Source: an uncultured delta proteobacterium
Lineage (GTDB): Bacteria > Desulfobacterota > Zymogenia > Zymogenales > Zymogenaceae
Length of the DNA: 64,000 bases
Assembly: GCA_963792965.1 (NCBI GenBank)
Contig: CAWBYW010000009.1
Span: forward strand, 192,001-256,000
Reading direction: 5' to 3'
Shown here: positions 60,881 to 64,000 of the stretch, one piece after another
Layout: every line of letters begins with the position of its first letter
Numbering within the stretch: position 1 is the first letter of the stretch
Position numbers and translations under genes: made by a program
The notes under the pieces: model-generated
The model's database searches: none
Told to the model about the DNA's origin: nothing
What the model saw: only the letters and a program-made list of their open reading frames with translations

Positions 60881-62215
60881 TCACAGGTACTTATCGAGGA
60901 AAGATGCGTCGGCGTAACCTCTCGTGTAGACGGGATCTATCATAATTTTTCTGTAGAGGGGAATCGTCGTCTCTATCCCCTCGATGACAAATTCGGAGAG
61001 CGCCCGCCTCATCCGCTCTATGGCGCTTCCCCTGTCCTTTGAAAGGACAACCAGCTTCGCGATGAGCGAGTCGTAATGCGGATTTACGTGAGCTCCGCAG
61101 AAAATAGCCGAATCGACGCGAACGCCGGGCCCCCCGGAGGGAATATACTGGGTCACCAGGCCGGACGAGGGCGTGAACCTGAACGGGTCCTCAGCGGTAA
61201 TCCGGCACTCGATGCTGCACCCCCTGAAATCGACTTCCTCCTGTTTGAGCCTGAGGGGCTGCCCGGCGGCAAGACGGATCTGTTCTTTGACGACGTCGAT
61301 GCCGGTGACCATCTCGGTGATGCCGTGTTCCACCTGTATCCGCGTATTCATCTCGAGAAAGAAGAACCGCCCCTCTTTGGTTATAATGAATTCGACGGTC
61401 CCGATATTTGAATAACCGACCGATCGGGCAAAGAGTACCGCGGCCCTGGCCATATCGTCCCGCTTCTCCGGGCTTATGCCGAACGCCGGCGATTCTTCAA
61501 TGATCTTCTGGTATCTCCGCTGAATGGTGCAGTCCCGCTCGCCGAGGTGAATGGTGTTGCCGGCATTGTCGGCGACGATCTGAAACTCGATATGGCGCAC
61601 CTTCTCGAGATACTTCTCGACGTAGATTCCGGGATTCTTCAGGTAGTCCTGGGCCTGTCTTTGAGACTGCTGGAAAGCGGAAGAAAACGTATCCCGATCC
61701 GGGACAACCCTGACCCCCCGTCCACCGCCGCCGCCCACCGCTTTGAGGATCACCGGGAAACCGAGTGAGTCGGCAACCGCGAGCGCCTCGCGCTCGTCGA
61801 GGAGCGCGTCATCACTGCCCGGGACGACTTCGATGCCCGCGTTTCTGGCGGCGTTCTTTGCGGCCACCTTATCGGCCATGAGGGACATCGACTCGACTCC
61901 CGTGCCGATGAAGGTAACGCCTATATCGTGACAGGATTCAACGAACTCGAGGTTCTCGGAGAGCGGACAATACCCCGGATGAATCGCGTCGGCCCCGGTG
62001 ATCTGTGCCGCGGACAAGATTGCGGAGAAATTGAGGTAGCTGTCCTTGATATCCGCAGGACCGATGCAGAGGCCCTCGTCGGCCATCTGTACGTGTAATG
62101 AATCGCGGTCGGCAACGGAATAGACCGCGACGGTCTTGATCCCGAGCTCCTTGAGGCTGCGAATAATCCGAACCGCGATTTCCCCCCGGTCGGCGATGAG
62201 GACCTTATGAAACAT
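60881..62215 (-). CDS. accC: biotin carboxylase
   Basis: RGEIA, GGGGRG, ERDCTIQRR.QK, EMNTRIQVEH, YDSLIAK. Confidence 0.94.
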   Translation of the reverse strand: MFHKVLIADRGEIAVRIIRSLKELGIKTVAVYSVADRDSLHVQMADEGLCIGPADIKDSYLNFSAILSAAQITGADAIHPGYCPLSENLEFVESCHDIGVTFIGTGVESMSLMADKVAAKNAARNAGIEVVPGSDDALLDEREALAVADSLGFPVILKAVGGGGGRGVRVVPDRDTFSSAFQQSQRQAQDYLKNPGIYVEKYLEKVRHIEFQIVADNAGNTIHLGERDCTIQRRYQKIIEESPAFGISPEKRDDMARAAVLFARSVGYSNIGTVEFIITKEGRFFFLEMNTRIQVEHGITEMVTGIDVVKEQIRLAAGQPLRLKQEEVDFRGCSIECRITAEDPFRFTPSSGLVTQYIPSGGPGVRVDSAIFCGAHVNPHYDSLIAKLVVLSKDRGSAIERMRRALSEFVIEGIETTIPLYRKIMIDPVYTRGYADASFLDKYL

Positions 62216-62220
62216 ACCGT

Positions 62221-62637
62221 CTAAAGCGGCTCAAGGAGAAAGAGTGTCTGTCCGTACTCGACGGGCTGACCGTTCTCAACGACGATCGAGACGACGATCC
62301 CGTCCACGTCGGACTCGATTTCGTTCATCAGTTTCATCGATTCCACGATACACAGGACATCGCCCTTATGGACCTCCGACCCAACCTCAACGAACGGGGG
62401 CGAGTCCAGCGAGGCGGAGCGGTAAAATGTCCCCACGAGCGGGGAGGTAACCGCCACAAGCTCCCGGTCTTCGGCAACGGCCCCGTCGCGGGACGCCGCG
62501 GCGACGACCTTCACATCGCCGGTACTCGGCGCTCCCCGCTTGATTCTGAGCCGTTCGCCGGACCGTTCGATCTCGATCTCGGTGATGTCGGTCCCCCGGA
62601 TGGCTTTAATGATATCCTTTATCTCTCTGAGATTCAT
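62221..62637 (-). CDS. accB: biotin carboxyl carrier protein
   Basis: [25 protein letters not shown]. Confidence 0.94.
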   Translation of the reverse strand: MNLREIKDIIKAIRGTDITEIEIERSGERLRIKRGAPSTGDVKVVAAASRDGAVAEDRELVAVTSPLVGTFYRSASLDSPPFVEVGSEVHKGDVLCIVESMKLMNEIESDVDGIVVSIVVENGQPVEYGQTLFLLEPL

Positions 62638-62655
62638 GGTTTCTTCCCCGCAGGG

Positions 62656-63219
62656 TTACTTTGAGACCCGCTCGATGTACTCACCCGTTCGTGTATCGAT
62701 TTTCAGGAGGTCGCCCTCATTGATGAAAAGGGGCACCTGCACTACCAGTCCCGTCGAAAGGCGGGCCGGCTTCGTACCGCCGCTGGCGGTATCTCCCTTT
62801 ACCCCCGGCTCCGTCGAGGCGATCGGGAGCATGACGAAGGTCGGAAGCTCAAGGGATATCGGGGTGTTATCGTGATACAAAACCGTCAGATCCAGACCCT
62901 CCGAGAGGAAACTCGCGGAATCACCCACCTGATCGGCCGTTATGTATACCTGGTCGTACGTATCCGTATCCATGAAATGGAAGCCGTCGGAGTCCCGATA
63001 GAGGTACTGCATATGTTTCTCTTCGAGACTGGGCCGATCAACCTTTTCACCGGAGCGGAACGTCCGCTCGATCACCGCACCCGTGACTAGGCTCTTAAGC
63101 TTTGTCCGGACGAACGCGCCGCCTTTGCCCGGCTTCACATGTAAAAAGTCGACGATGATATAGGGTTTACCCTCGAGCTCTATCTTTAATCCTTTTCTGA
63201 AATCTGCCGTTGAATACAC
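62656..63219 (-). CDS. efp: elongation factor P
   Basis: KPGKGGAFVR, PGVKGDT, VPLFI. Confidence 0.97.
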   Translation of the reverse strand: MYSTADFRKGLKIELEGKPYIIVDFLHVKPGKGGAFVRTKLKSLVTGAVIERTFRSGEKVDRPSLEEKHMQYLYRDSDGFHFMDTDTYDQVYITADQVGDSASFLSEGLDLTVLYHDNTPISLELPTFVMLPIASTEPGVKGDTASGGTKPARLSTGLVVQVPLFINEGDLLKIDTRTGEYIERVSK

Positions 63220-63253
63220 CGAATAGACTCCTCAGATTGGGGCAAAAAAGCGA

Positions 63254-64000
63254 CTAAGGCAACACTCTAAACGATTTAGCGATCGTTGTCAACAGATAAG
63301 CCCCGCGCTTTCGGACCAGCAGCATATCTTCGATGCGCACCCCGCCCCAGCCGGGAATATAGATGCCCGGCTCCACCGTGATCACCATCCCCTCTTCGAG
63401 CACCTCCTCCCCCAGCAGGCTCACGCGAGGAGGCTCGTGGATTTCGAGACCTACCCCGTGGCCCGTCCCGTGTGAAAAATAGTCCCCGTACCCTCGCGCC
63501 TGAATATAGCTCCGGGCCGCCTTGTCAACTTCTTTGACGGGGACGCTCGGCTTTATCGTCGCGATTGCCTGCCGCTGGGCCTCCAGGACGATGTCGTAGA
63601 TCTCCCGCGCCCTTTTTTCTTCATGATCGACCGCGAGCGTGATCGTCTCATCTGAATGATAACCCCTGTACTCGGCACCGAAGTCGATCGTCACCAGATC
63701 GCCCGGCACAAGTCTCCGGGTCCCGGCGTGGGCATGGGGCATCGCCCCGTTTTCCCCCGAGGCCACGATGATCGGGAAGGGAAGCGGACCACACCCCCTT
63801 TTTTTCATCGCATACTCGAGCTCGACGGCGATTTCGTCTTCCCGCACCCCGACTGTAACGAGGCGCTCCACTTCCTTCATCGAATCTTCGGAGATTCGCA
63901 CGGCCTCTTTCAACAGTGAGATCTCTTCATCGTCCTTGACCATCCTGAGGCGTGAGATATCGTCCTTCACCGGTACCAGGCCCCTTCCCCGCAGTTTTCC
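63254..64000 (-). CDS. Xaa-Pro peptidase (M24B), 5' end outside window
   Basis: HGTGHGVGLEIHE, TVEPGIY, GVRIED. Confidence 0.93.
   Translation of the reverse strand, partial: GKLRGRGLVPVKDDISRLRMVKDDEEISLLKEAVRISEDSMKEVERLVTVGVREDEIAVELEYAMKKRGCGPLPFPIIVASGENGAMPHAHAGTRRLVPGDLVTIDFGAEYRGYHSDETITLAVDHEEKRAREIYDIVLEAQRQAIATIKPSVPVKEVDKAARSYIQARGYGDYFSHGTGHGVGLEIHEPPRVSLLGEEVLEEGMVITVEPGIYIPGWGGVRIEDMLLVRKRGAYLLTTIAKSFRVLP

Overview
Chromosomal window from a GC-rich diderm bacterium (lpxH present), probably an anaerobic Deltaproteobacteria-like organism (Desulfobacterota/Myxococcota relative, inferred from gene content and the efp-accB-accC-SgmX-like-ExeA order). The left ~36 kb is accessory metabolism and signalling: a 4-hydroxybutyryl-CoA dehydratase-like gene, three TetR units with visible palindromic operators, a CrtI-like oxidoreductase plus 2Fe-2S reductase pair, a membrane FHA / Ser-Thr kinase / PP2C module, a methyltransferase-corrinoid fusion, tatBC-lpxH, an M16 protease, an LpoA-like lipoprotein, a DUF39 homocysteine synthesis gene and a DUF362-FGGY operon. 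The right ~28 kb is mostly minus-strand housekeeping: gap-pgk-tpiA-secG-tRNA-Leu, rimP-nusA-infB-rbfA-truB-rpsO-pnp, tRNA-Gly and pepP-efp-accB-accC. Several genes, including pgk and tpiA, carry indels that look like sequencing errors. I saw no CRISPR array, transposase, integrase or prophage. Best leads: the FHA/kinase/phosphatase module with a degenerate FHA; a 70-aa gene with a full sigma54/IHF/UAS promoter layout; the MT2-corrinoid fusion; an SgmX-like/ExeA pair; and rimP with no canonical start codon. All family calls come from motif recognition by eye, not from database searches.
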